The notes: generated by a model from the letters alone, not told the origin. Counted from the first letter of the stretch, positions 1 to 7,988 are shown. The stretch: DNA of 17,489 nucleotides from a bacterium (GCA_046757525.1 JBHHYI010000089.1:1-17489), one strand, 5' to 3'. A program made the numbers and translations.

Positions 1-140
1 CCAGTATGATTGGCGCAATTAAATGGTTAATACCTGTTTATTTTACTTTTTGCAATTCGTGAAACGATGTTGAAAAATGTAACGCCTCTCTTGGAATTTG
101 ACATATTTAGGGTTAGAGTAACCAATTTTTTCCAAATGTC

Positions 141-995
141 TTATTTCAACCGGATTCCAAGATTAAGGCCGAGTACAAAATGGATTTCATCATTCAAATA
201 GTCATCTACGGGTACTCTGAAAACCACACCAGGTCGAACAGCACCAAAACCCCTGCTCGCAGCCACGGCTACTTGATAAGCTGTGCGTCCTCGCCTATCG
301 TACCTCTGCAGATGGAAAGTACTCCCATCCAGAAGATAGCGACCGGTGAGACCGCCGATGATGCAGACTTGCTCAATCTGGTACCCAAGCTGGAAGCCGT
401 AGTCAAGTGTCTGAAAACCAGGCGGTCCGTACTCGCCGTCGACGCTACCGCCGCCGGACCACCCACCTTGCAGGTGAAGCAGGAAATCTGACCCAAGCTT
501 GCTGCGGTATTTTAAGCGGGCCGTCGCCGTAAGGTCATAAAGCCGGAAGGCTTCAAAACGGTCGGGATCAGTAAACATCCCAATACCCGTAGCCCGCGAC
601 TCATCAAAGAACTCGTCCCTATCTGTTCCCAGCGGTAGGCGGAAGCCTAATTCAGCAAAAACCGGAAAAGCCTGTTTTTGGATTTCCACGCCCAGATACG
701 GATTGCCGATTATCGTACTGGATTTAAATCGTTCGAGACCGAAATCATCCCTATACCCGTGGTGGGCTAACGGTAGGTCACCCACAATTGTAATGGTCTG
801 CGAGAGGGAAAGGCCGCCGGTAAAAAATAGCACGGAAGTCGCAAAGGAACTGTTCGAGTCCACAAAATACGGCTTCAGAAATTCAACGGTTATGGATATT
901 CCCCGGTGTTGCTCCAGCCAAATAGTTTGAGCCGAAAGCGAAGTGACAAAAAATATAAATTTTGATATGGCAAATAAGATTAACGTACTTCTCAC
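141..995 (-). CDS. Hypothetical exported protein, probable outer-membrane beta-barrel
   Basis: ORF 141..1073. More likely start is GTG at 995, preceded by TGGAG and followed by a signal-peptide-like stretch (RSTLILFAISKFIFFVTSLSA-Q). Many alternating hydrophobic/Gly strands, ending in FVLGLNLGIRLK. Confidence 0.65.
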   Translation of the reverse strand: MRSTLILFAISKFIFFVTSLSAQTIWLEQHRGISITVEFLKPYFVDSNSSFATSVLFFTGGLSLSQTITIVGDLPLAHHGYRDDFGLERFKSSTIIGNPYLGVEIQKQAFPVFAELGFRLPLGTDRDEFFDESRATGIGMFTDPDRFEAFRLYDLTATARLKYRSKLGSDFLLHLQGGWSGGGSVDGEYGPPGFQTLDYGFQLGYQIEQVCIIGGLTGRYLLDGSTFHLQRYDRRGRTAYQVAVAASRGFGAVRPGVVFRVPVDDYLNDEIHFVLGLNLGIRLK

Positions 996-1054
996 AGCAT
1001 CGCTCCATTTTTTGAAGATAAAATATTGCCTCAATGTCTGAAAACAAATTACAC

Positions 1055-1516
1055 TTAATCTATTTTTCCCCACGTGGTTAGACTTTCATCATCTTCAAGT
1101 GTCAATCGAAGTTTACTACGGCTAATCCTAAAAACCTTATTATCTCCAGTTCGAACGTCAACGATTGTCAAAGTGGATTCATTAATGGAATAGGTACCGG
1201 AAGTTGCTTCTTCGTCGTACTTTTCCCCCTCTTCTGGAATTGTAGTTGTTATGAATATGCTAATCCATATAAAATTTTCATTGTCAAAATCTCGGTCAAA
1301 CGAAAGCCAGCCAGTCATAGTTCGAGTCACCCCGTCTTCCATATCAATTGGCTCACCGGCATTAACTGTGATATTCTCTTCCTTATCGGTAAGGTTGAGC
1401 ATCATCCAATTACCTTGCAATGCTTGGGGCGATAACGGATCGACACTACATCTAATCGAGGAGCTAAAAGCAGTGAATAAAACGAACAAGATTAATTTGT
1501 AAATTGTGGGTTTCAT
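1055..1516 (-). CDS. Hypothetical exported protein/lipoprotein, lipocalin-like fold possible
   Basis: N-terminal hydrophobic signal with Cys23 (atypical lipobox SIRC), LQGNW and GTYSI motifs typical of bacterial lipocalin-like proteins; 153 aa. Confidence 0.6.
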   Translation of the reverse strand: MKPTIYKLILFVLFTAFSSSIRCSVDPLSPQALQGNWMMLNLTDKEENITVNAGEPIDMEDGVTRTMTGWLSFDRDFDNENFIWISIFITTTIPEEGEKYDEEATSGTYSINESTLTIVDVRTGDNKVFRISRSKLRLTLEDDESLTTWGKID

Positions 1517-1559
1517 TTTTAATTTTTTTGTTGACTTTTAGCAAGTAGCGCGTTTGACA

Positions 1560-1597
1560 CAAAACTCCTGAGATGCACAAAGTCTCGCATCTCCGGA
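1560..1597 (-). terminator. Stem-loop, terminator-like, upstream of the 1516 start
   Basis: Arms 1566-1576 (TCCTGAGATGC) and 1587-1597 (GCATCTCCGGA); followed on the minus strand by GTTTTG. Confidence 0.35.
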
Positions 1598-1678
1598 AAA
1601 GTAGAAATCACGTATCTGAGGCGTGTCGGCTGAATTTGCTTTGTTAGGCACTTGTGTGCTCATTAGGACTTGCAGTTA

Positions 1679-1705
1679 GGCACGGGCTAAAGCCACGTGC
1701 CACAC
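1679..1705. repeat. REP-like short palindrome
   Basis: GGCACGGGCT-AA-AGCC(A)CGTGCC at 1679-1701; minus strand reads GTGGCACGTGGCTTTAGCCCGTGCC. Confidence 0.35.
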
Positions 1706-1927
1706 AGCTCTATATTGGTTTTGTCAAGGGTACCCGTGCGGTGACTTCTGCGAATGACCTGCAACTCCACCCAAGAATCCTCTTCTTAACTCCACAAAAC
1801 CCCAATTGAAAATCCAATAGGCGCTGCAGCAGGCTTCATTCCATCCATCGTTGCAGACTGATGCGGTTTTTGCGTCCGTCTGCTAACTGTTAAGTCGTTT
1901 TTATATGATTTTAAAATAAATTTGACT

Positions 1928-1967
1928 AAAAAGAAAAAATCTCCCATAAAGTCATGACAGAAGATTT
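1928..1967 (-). terminator. Intrinsic terminator after the PD40 lipoprotein gene
   Basis: Minus-strand RNA AAAUCUUCUGU-loop-AUGGGAGAUUU (needs G-U pairs, so strand-specific) followed by UUUCUUUUU, ~40 nt past the stop at 2005. Confidence 0.6.
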
Positions 1968-2004
1968 CGCACCTATGCCAAAGTCTGAAATTGATCAGAA
2001 CCTC

Positions 2005-2949
2005 TTAAGGCGTAAAACTTGCAAATGCAATCAATCTTCGCCTTTTAGCGAAGGAGGGATCGAAATCGTCTTCCGCGCTATTGGTTAATCTGGTCGGAGT
2101 GCCTCCTGAGGCTGATACTGTCCAAATGTCACCATCAGCATGAAACGCAATCTTCTTGCTGTTTTTTGACCAGGATGGTTTAAAATGCTCACCACTTGTG
2201 ACCTGGATTGGATTTCCCACAGGATTGCCTGCTTTGTCGACTCGAACTTTCCAGATGCCATTGCTTTCAACAACACTAAAGGCAATCCACTTACCGTGGG
2301 GAGACCAGACCGGACTATCAGCTTCTGAGCCACTTGGCAAACCTGAAAAGACCGTGGTTTCCGTGCCGTCCTTCAGACTGATCGTCTTAACCACATCGTC
2401 TTCGCGATCCATGAAAACCAGGCGCTTACCATCAGGGGACCAGTCCAGAGATAAACCGCCTGCCCTAATAAGCCGCCGGCTTCCTCCGCTGGCCCTCACG
2501 ACGTAGATATTAGGAGGATCGCTGACGGGAGCATTGTCAAAGGCGATCAGTCGCCCATTTGGTGACCAGGAAGCATCATTGCCACCTTCAGCTCCTTGCA
2601 GCGGGCTACTTTGTCCCGTTTTCACAGACGTAATGAAAATTGCATGTCCCAAAGCTGCGGGTCCACCGACAACATCATGAGCGATCTTTTTTCCGTTAGG
2701 CGACCAGTTTGGATCAAACTCATCCGCATTTGAAATGCTTGATATTTGACGAATTTTGCTAGTTTTAACATCGATACTATAAATGTCAAAGCTCTGTGTT
2801 GAGATGATTCCGCGGTGTTTCAACATACCTAATAGGTCATCGACTTCGGTTGATGTCGAGTCCGGGGCGATTGGATTATCCTCCTTATTGCAACTTACCA
2901 TTAATACAGCAACTAAAACTGCAGTGAGTGTTAAACGAATTTTGTTCAT
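2005..2949 (-). CDS. TolB-like PD40 (WD40-like) six-bladed beta-propeller lipoprotein
   Basis: Lipobox LMVS-C; six repeats PNWSPNGKKIA, ASWSPNGRLIAF, LDWSPDGKRLVF, PVWSPHGKWIAF, PSWSKNSKKIAF, PSFAKRRRLIAF; RBS GGGAGG 5 nt before ATG. No TolB N-terminal domain and no tol-pal neighbours. Confidence 0.88.
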   Translation of the reverse strand: MNKIRLTLTAVLVAVLMVSCNKEDNPIAPDSTSTEVDDLLGMLKHRGIISTQSFDIYSIDVKTSKIRQISSISNADEFDPNWSPNGKKIAHDVVGGPAALGHAIFITSVKTGQSSPLQGAEGGNDASWSPNGRLIAFDNAPVSDPPNIYVVRASGGSRRLIRAGGLSLDWSPDGKRLVFMDREDDVVKTISLKDGTETTVFSGLPSGSEADSPVWSPHGKWIAFSVVESNGIWKVRVDKAGNPVGNPIQVTSGEHFKPSWSKNSKKIAFHADGDIWTVSASGGTPTRLTNSAEDDFDPSFAKRRRLIAFASFTP

Positions 2950-3019
2950 GGTAACCTCCCGTGTTATTGGGTCGTAATGTCAAAAGTTTTAAGAAACTTG
3001 TGATATGTGAATCTCCCAT

Positions 3020-3036
3020 TACAAACAAAGTGCCAG
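3020..3036 (-). promoter_or_regulatory. Sigma-54 (-24/-12) promoter of the PD40 lipoprotein gene
   Basis: Minus strand CTGGCAC-TTTGT-TTGTA vs consensus TGGCAC-N5-TTGCW: exact spacing, C>T at -12; ~70 nt before the ATG and just downstream of a bEBP gene. Confidence 0.7.
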
Positions 3037-3135
3037 AAAAATTCTATCGTCATCAAAACTTAGTAAGCAATTATAAAAAAAGCAGTTATGGTAGGAAGTT
3101 AAAAGGATTGACAGTGGAGGAGACAAGTCAATAAA

Positions 3136-3235
3136 TTCGCAAAAAATTATAGTCCTGAGAAGACAGTTTGTTTTTAATGAAGTTATGTTCGCAAACAATT
3201 AGAGGATTTTTGCGGCCGGCTCGCAAATGTTAAAG
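3136..3235. promoter_or_regulatory. Candidate upstream activator sequences (enhancer) for the adjacent bEBP
   Basis: TTCGCAAAAAATTATAG (3136-3152), TTCGCAAACAATTAGAG (3188-3204), CTCGCAAATGTTAAAG (3220-3235); 100-200 bp upstream of the -24 box. Confidence 0.55.
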
Positions 3236-3257
3236 TGGGAAGTTGGAATCCCCGAAT

Positions 3258-4808
3258 TCATAAGTCGGTTTTATTTCCGGTTTGCGATTTCGGGTTGGCG
3301 ATGCTCAGTTTTGCCATTTTATATCGTAGGGTCTGCTCGGAGATTTTCAGAATGCGCGCGGTCCTGGACTGGTTCCAATTATTTGCTTTTAGCGCGCCCC
3401 TGATAAGCTGCTCTTCGTATTCGGACAAGCTATCGTGTAGGGATTTACCTGCCTGATGCTGAGACGCTTTGTGTCTTCCTATTTCCCTCCTCAAGTCGGG
3501 AGGTAGAACGTCGGGATGTATGATGGGCGTCTCTTTAGAAGCATGGGTCAGCAATCGCTCAACAAAGTTTTCCAGCTCCCGGATATTGCCCCCCCAATGC
3601 CTTTGTTTCATAAAATCCAAAGTCTCTTCATGAAAGGACTCTGCTTGCTTGCGCTGTTGCGAGGCAAGCTTTCGGAGGAAGTGATTGGCCAGAAGGGGAA
3701 TATCTTCCTGCCGATCGTCCAATGATGGCACCTGAATAGGGTAGACGTGAAGACGGTAAAAAAGATCTTCGCGAAACTTTTGATCGTCAACCAGTTGACG
3801 CAACGGAGCACTGCTGGCCGAAATGACGCGAACATTTACTTTGCGCATGTGGTTACTGCCAAGGGGGCGTACCTCACCTTCTTGCAATACGCGCATTAAT
3901 TTGACTTGCATATCCAGAGGTAAGTTTGCAATTTCGTCCATAAACAACGTACCTTCATTAGCTTCCTCCAGCAACCCTTTTCTATCAGTTGCAGCACTGG
4001 TGAAGGCACCTTTGATGTGACCAAAGAGTTCACTCTCGATCAGGTTTTCTGGAATGGCACCGCAATCGATGGCCACAAAAGCATGATCGTGCCGTGCGCT
4101 GAACCGATGAATAGCCCGAGCCACAAGCTCCTTGCCCGTGCCACTCTGACCTTCCAACAGAACTCGCACATCGCAACGAGCGACTGCCTCGATGGCCTTA
4201 AGCAATTCAATGAATTTTCTGCTCTTGCCCAAAAGGCCCAGCGCTTTGTATTTTGTCCGTAGCGCAGTTTCGGGCATAGCCACTTCAAAATATTCTTGAA
4301 TTTTTTGTACATTTCGCAAATGAGGTGCGGCTATGGTGGCGAATTTTTCAAGATAAGAGAGATCCTCTTCAATCGAATGCCGCCACACTTTTTGCTTGAA
4401 AACAAGGAGGGTTCCCAAAATGATGCCTTCGCACCGAAATGGAACTCCCAGGGCTGAATCTATAGGGCTGTCCTTAAAAAGGTGTTTTCTGAATTGCGGA
4501 TCCGTTTTGAGGTTCGCGCTCACGAATCGTTTTTTATTTTTGATGATCCAGCCGCTCAGGTGCGTTTGTACCTCCTGGAGTTGTCGTTGGCTGTATTGGT
4601 GACCTTGCATAAGAATGGTTTTCACCGTTTCCCGCGTGCGCGGATTGATCATCATGATCGAGGCCGTGTCGGCGTGCAGCAAAGTGGCAGCCTTTTGAGC
4701 GACCAGCCGGAGGATTTCGTGAAAATCGCTCTGCTGACCGAGCATGGTTCCCAGTTCAATGAGCCTTGTCAATTTTTGATTTTCTAATTCTAAGGTGGCC
4801 AGGCTCAT
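3258..4808 (-). CDS. Sigma-54-dependent Fis-family enhancer-binding protein with N-terminal GAF domain
   Basis: Walker A GQSGTGKE, ESELFGHIKGAFTSA, Walker B LFMDEI, FREDLFYRL, WGGNIREL, C-terminal HTH (NWNQSRTARILKISEQTLRYK); N-terminal GAF-like region (ASIMMIN...SALGVPF...LGTL). ATG at 4808 preferred; ORF is open to TTG 4883. Confidence 0.93.
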   Translation of the reverse strand: MSLATLELENQKLTRLIELGTMLGQQSDFHEILRLVAQKAATLLHADTASIMMINPRTRETVKTILMQGHQYSQRQLQEVQTHLSGWIIKNKKRFVSANLKTDPQFRKHLFKDSPIDSALGVPFRCEGIILGTLLVFKQKVWRHSIEEDLSYLEKFATIAAPHLRNVQKIQEYFEVAMPETALRTKYKALGLLGKSRKFIELLKAIEAVARCDVRVLLEGQSGTGKELVARAIHRFSARHDHAFVAIDCGAIPENLIESELFGHIKGAFTSAATDRKGLLEEANEGTLFMDEIANLPLDMQVKLMRVLQEGEVRPLGSNHMRKVNVRVISASSAPLRQLVDDQKFREDLFYRLHVYPIQVPSLDDRQEDIPLLANHFLRKLASQQRKQAESFHEETLDFMKQRHWGGNIRELENFVERLLTHASKETPIIHPDVLPPDLRREIGRHKASQHQAGKSLHDSLSEYEEQLIRGALKANNWNQSRTARILKISEQTLRYKMAKLSIANPKSQTGNKTDL

Positions 4809-4869
4809 CCTTTGGCTTCCTGAACCGGATTTGTCTTTTCTAATAAACACTTGCACAATTCTTACCCCA

Positions 4870-7746
4870 TCAGTTTGCAACAATTGGTTTCAATTCTGAA
4901 AGGTGCGCCCTGGTGTAAACGAGCTCTGGCAAATCGCTGTCAGCGTTTTGCCAAATGTCAATTAATGTTTCATAATTTTTCACAGCTAAATTCGGTTGCC
5001 CCAACTGTTCATATACCCTACCGAGCAGGTAGAAGCTCTTAGCATAGTACCTTGCTCGTGTACTTCGCAAACTAAAGGAAAACTTTTGAAATTCAACCAG
5101 GTAGCTTAGCGCATTTTTGAATTCTTCAGCTTGAAATTTGCACTTTGCTAAAGGGTAAAGAACAAAAAGCTTTCGCCACGGTTCGGCAGCCATTAAGACT
5201 TTGGCTGCATACTTATCTGCTTCGTTGCACTCGCCTTTCACGCTATGAAAAAATGCGCGATTGGAATTTACTGTTACTGCGCCAATTTTCAGCAAGCTGT
5301 CTGCCATGGCATAATCGCCATGATAGACATAGAGATCAAACAGATTCGCAAGATATGATCCGGATAAAATGCTATTTCTGAAGCCGAAAGTCTTGTTAAC
5401 TTCCCGCCACGCACGCGCAATATCATGCCAGCCGTCCACAACAAGAAGCGCTTTGCGTATGTGCGTGATGGCCGCACTGGTCGTGTCTCTTTCCTGCCAA
5501 TATAGCTTAATTTCTCTCTCGCACATCTCTATCGCATTGCGATATTGCCCGGTCAGGTTGTACAAAACTCTGAGCCCGCTATAGCCAATATGCTTTGATC
5601 TTGATGGCTGTCCGTCCTTGACCAGTGGCACGAGCTCCCGTTCGGCCAAATCATACTTTCCCTGAATCATATAAAGATTTGCGATGATGGAGGTAAACTC
5701 GTTTTCCTGGGGAAATAATTCGCGCACCTGCTTGATCCTTTCTATGCCCTGTTCATATCTCCCAACTGCTGCATACGCATTTGCCAGCAGAGAGTATGCT
5801 TCCGGCGATGCTGTAACGGCTGCATATTGCTCGGAAGTTTCAAGCATCGGTTCAAAATCCCCAATGTCGCGGAAAGTTCTGACCAAATGCTGTAATGCAC
5901 GTTCATGTGTCGGATCGATTGACAGCACATTATCCAGATATTTTAATGCTCTTGGATAATCTCCGGTGTGATAGGCGCCATCGCCAAGAATAAACATCAT
6001 TTCCTTTTCCCCCGGGTAACGTTTTTCCATTTCCTTGAGTGCCACAATTGCTGCGGGCCATCCGCCAGCATAAACCCGGTCATACTCCGCGCGAACCAAG
6101 AATCTTTCTTTTTCCGGTATGCGGTCGATCAGTGCCATCGCTTTTTGTATCATATATTCATAATCTATCGGTTCGCTATTCCACCAAAGACTGATGTAAG
6201 ACAGACGATAATATGGCAACCCAAAAGTCGAATCAAGAACAATGGCTTTTTCGAATTCTTCTTTGGCTTCTTTGAATCTAAGTTTGTTAATAAACTGCTC
6301 ACCTTGAAAATAATGTTGATAGGCTTTTAGGTTGGTCGTGGTTACGTCTGCAACTTTTTGGCTTACAGCCTGAATTTGGTCATGTTCCTCACTTAAGCCT
6401 TTACGCGTCTCTTCAGCTATGTTATCAATCATCCTGAGAATACTTTCGTGGCCCTGCCCTTGCTCTCTCGTGGCCAGGAGATATTCCTCCCGGTCTAAAT
6501 CAAGTACTTTAACATCCATGGTATAAAGTCGGCCGAGTTTACGCACACTTCCTGTAACCATGGCCTTCACCTTAGCCTTTTGGCAGATTTTCCTTCCGAG
6601 TCCTTCATCGATACGGTCAACTTCATCTATGCCAATCTGCCTAAGAATATCAAACATGCGTGAACGAGGGAGCACAGCAAGACGGCGGGATTGCTGCAAG
6701 GCAGTGGTAAGCAGACCCGAGAGACCGTCCAATTCCTTTTCATTTGTTTTATTTGCAAAGTCAACAACAGCGATTGTAATGGGTTTCTCGGTTTCGTTTT
6801 GGTGAGAGAGGAAATAGCCAGTGATTCTAATCATTGCAGCAATGAGGAGCAGGGCTAAGAAAGCGAAAATTGCTGCGCGCTTCTTGTGTCGCTTAACTGT
6901 TTTTGTCGTACTGGGCTGTTGAGGTCGCGCCGAATCACCTCTTGTCACCCTTTTCAAATCCTCGCGAAGATCTTTCATGTTCTGATATCTGGTCTCAGGA
7001 TCTTTATCCAAAGCCTTGTCCACGATCCACTGCAATGGCTCTGCAGCCTGTTTGGCATCTGCCAGCGGTTTGGGTTCCTGATTTACAATCGAGAATATGA
7101 CCGCAGCGTCGTGATCACCTTGAAACGGCGTTTGTCCTGTGACCATCTCATAAAGCAGCACCCCTAATGACCAGATATCCGTGCGTTGGTCAACCTCTTC
7201 GCATCTTACTTGTTGTGGCGACATGTACGCGATAGTGCCCAACGCGGTACCGGTTTTGGTGAGCTTGGTCGTGCCTGCTAACTTGGCCAGGCCGAAATCA
7301 ATGATTTTCACCTCTCCACGCTTTGTAATGATGATGTTGGCTGGTTTAATGTCGCGGTGCGTCATCCCCGCGGCGTGCGCCCGTGCCAGCCCTTCTGCAA
7401 CTTGTTCGGCAATGTTCACGGCCTCCTCGATCTCAAGCGGTCCGCCCTCGAGTCTTTCACTGAGTGTCCGGCCCTCGTAGTAGGCCATGACGATAAACAG
7501 TTGGCCGTTCTCGTCTTCGTCGATTTCATGGATGGTACAAATATGGGGATGATCCAGCGCCGAAGCCGCTTGCGCTTCCTGGATAAATCGATCGACGACT
7601 TCACCGTTGTGGGTTAGCTCTTGCGGAAGAAACTTGAGGGCAACGTGGCGCTTAAGTTTGGTATCCTCGGCTTTGTAAACAACGCCCATGCCGCCCTGGC
7701 CGAGTTTTTCCGTGATGCAGTAATGGGAAATTCGCTTACCAACCAT
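4870..7746 (-). CDS. Hanks-type Ser/Thr protein kinase with TM helix, TolB-N/FlgO/CsgG-like alpha/beta domain and TPR repeats
   Basis: LGQGGMGVVY, VALK, HRDIKPAN, DFG, YMSPQQ, DIWSLG motifs; TM AAIFAFLALLLIAAM; IAVVDFAN domain; multiple TPR-like helix pairs. ATG at 7746 (ORF open to 7755). Confidence 0.93.
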   Translation of the reverse strand: MVGKRISHYCITEKLGQGGMGVVYKAEDTKLKRHVALKFLPQELTHNGEVVDRFIQEAQAASALDHPHICTIHEIDEDENGQLFIVMAYYEGRTLSERLEGGPLEIEEAVNIAEQVAEGLARAHAAGMTHRDIKPANIIITKRGEVKIIDFGLAKLAGTTKLTKTGTALGTIAYMSPQQVRCEEVDQRTDIWSLGVLLYEMVTGQTPFQGDHDAAVIFSIVNQEPKPLADAKQAAEPLQWIVDKALDKDPETRYQNMKDLREDLKRVTRGDSARPQQPSTTKTVKRHKKRAAIFAFLALLLIAAMIRITGYFLSHQNETEKPITIAVVDFANKTNEKELDGLSGLLTTALQQSRRLAVLPRSRMFDILRQIGIDEVDRIDEGLGRKICQKAKVKAMVTGSVRKLGRLYTMDVKVLDLDREEYLLATREQGQGHESILRMIDNIAEETRKGLSEEHDQIQAVSQKVADVTTTNLKAYQHYFQGEQFINKLRFKEAKEEFEKAIVLDSTFGLPYYRLSYISLWWNSEPIDYEYMIQKAMALIDRIPEKERFLVRAEYDRVYAGGWPAAIVALKEMEKRYPGEKEMMFILGDGAYHTGDYPRALKYLDNVLSIDPTHERALQHLVRTFRDIGDFEPMLETSEQYAAVTASPEAYSLLANAYAAVGRYEQGIERIKQVRELFPQENEFTSIIANLYMIQGKYDLAERELVPLVKDGQPSRSKHIGYSGLRVLYNLTGQYRNAIEMCEREIKLYWQERDTTSAAITHIRKALLVVDGWHDIARAWREVNKTFGFRNSILSGSYLANLFDLYVYHGDYAMADSLLKIGAVTVNSNRAFFHSVKGECNEADKYAAKVLMAAEPWRKLFVLYPLAKCKFQAEEFKNALSYLVEFQKFSFSLRSTRARYYAKSFYLLGRVYEQLGQPNLAVKNYETLIDIWQNADSDLPELVYTRAHLSELKPIVAN

Positions 7747-7867
7747 TGTAAACAAAACTGTTGGGTTAGTTCACTTTAGGCCCAGCGCCAGGAAATGTGA
7801 GTTGAATTTAGGTGAAGTGTGGCCGAAGTGTCGGGTAGAGGACGCTTGAGTATTTTCCTATTTAGAA

Positions 7868-7896
7868 ATAGTACACAAAATTTCCAACAAAGTCAA
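7868..7896 (-). promoter_or_regulatory. Sigma-70-type promoter of the kinase-bEBP operon
   Basis: Minus strand TTGACT-17 nt-TACTAT, ~120 nt upstream of the kinase start. Confidence 0.6.
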
Positions 7897-7919
7897 GCGT
7901 AATTGGCTTTGCTGAAACA

Positions 7920-7988
7920 TTGCTTCAGCTTGTACCGCTGAATTTTTCCGGTGTCTGTCTTGGGCAGCTCGTCGATGTAAGCGATCCA
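7920..7988 (-). repeat. Direct repeat copy A: orphan duplicate of the benzoate-CoA ligase 3' end
   Basis: 64/69 nt identical to 8795-8863; minus strand translates WIAYIDELPKTDTGKIQRYKLKQ, continuing CFSKANYA to TGA at 7893-7895. Confidence 0.92.

Noticed and set aside
76..119. CTCTAAC...GCGTTAC on the minus strand after the first gene as an attC site
   Set aside because: Too short, poor internal complementarity, and the core does not fit RYYYAAC.
1688..1703. TGGCACG-TGGC-TTTAG as a second sigma-54 promoter
   Set aside because: The -12 element lacks GC and the sequence is explained by the REP-like hairpin.
2005..2949. Calling this gene tolB
   Set aside because: It lacks the TolB N-terminal domain, is a lipoprotein, and has no tolQRA/pal context.
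3051..3063. IHF site between enhancer and promoter
   Set aside because: CATCAAAACTTAG only partly fits WATCAA-N4-TTR; cannot be told from AT-rich background.
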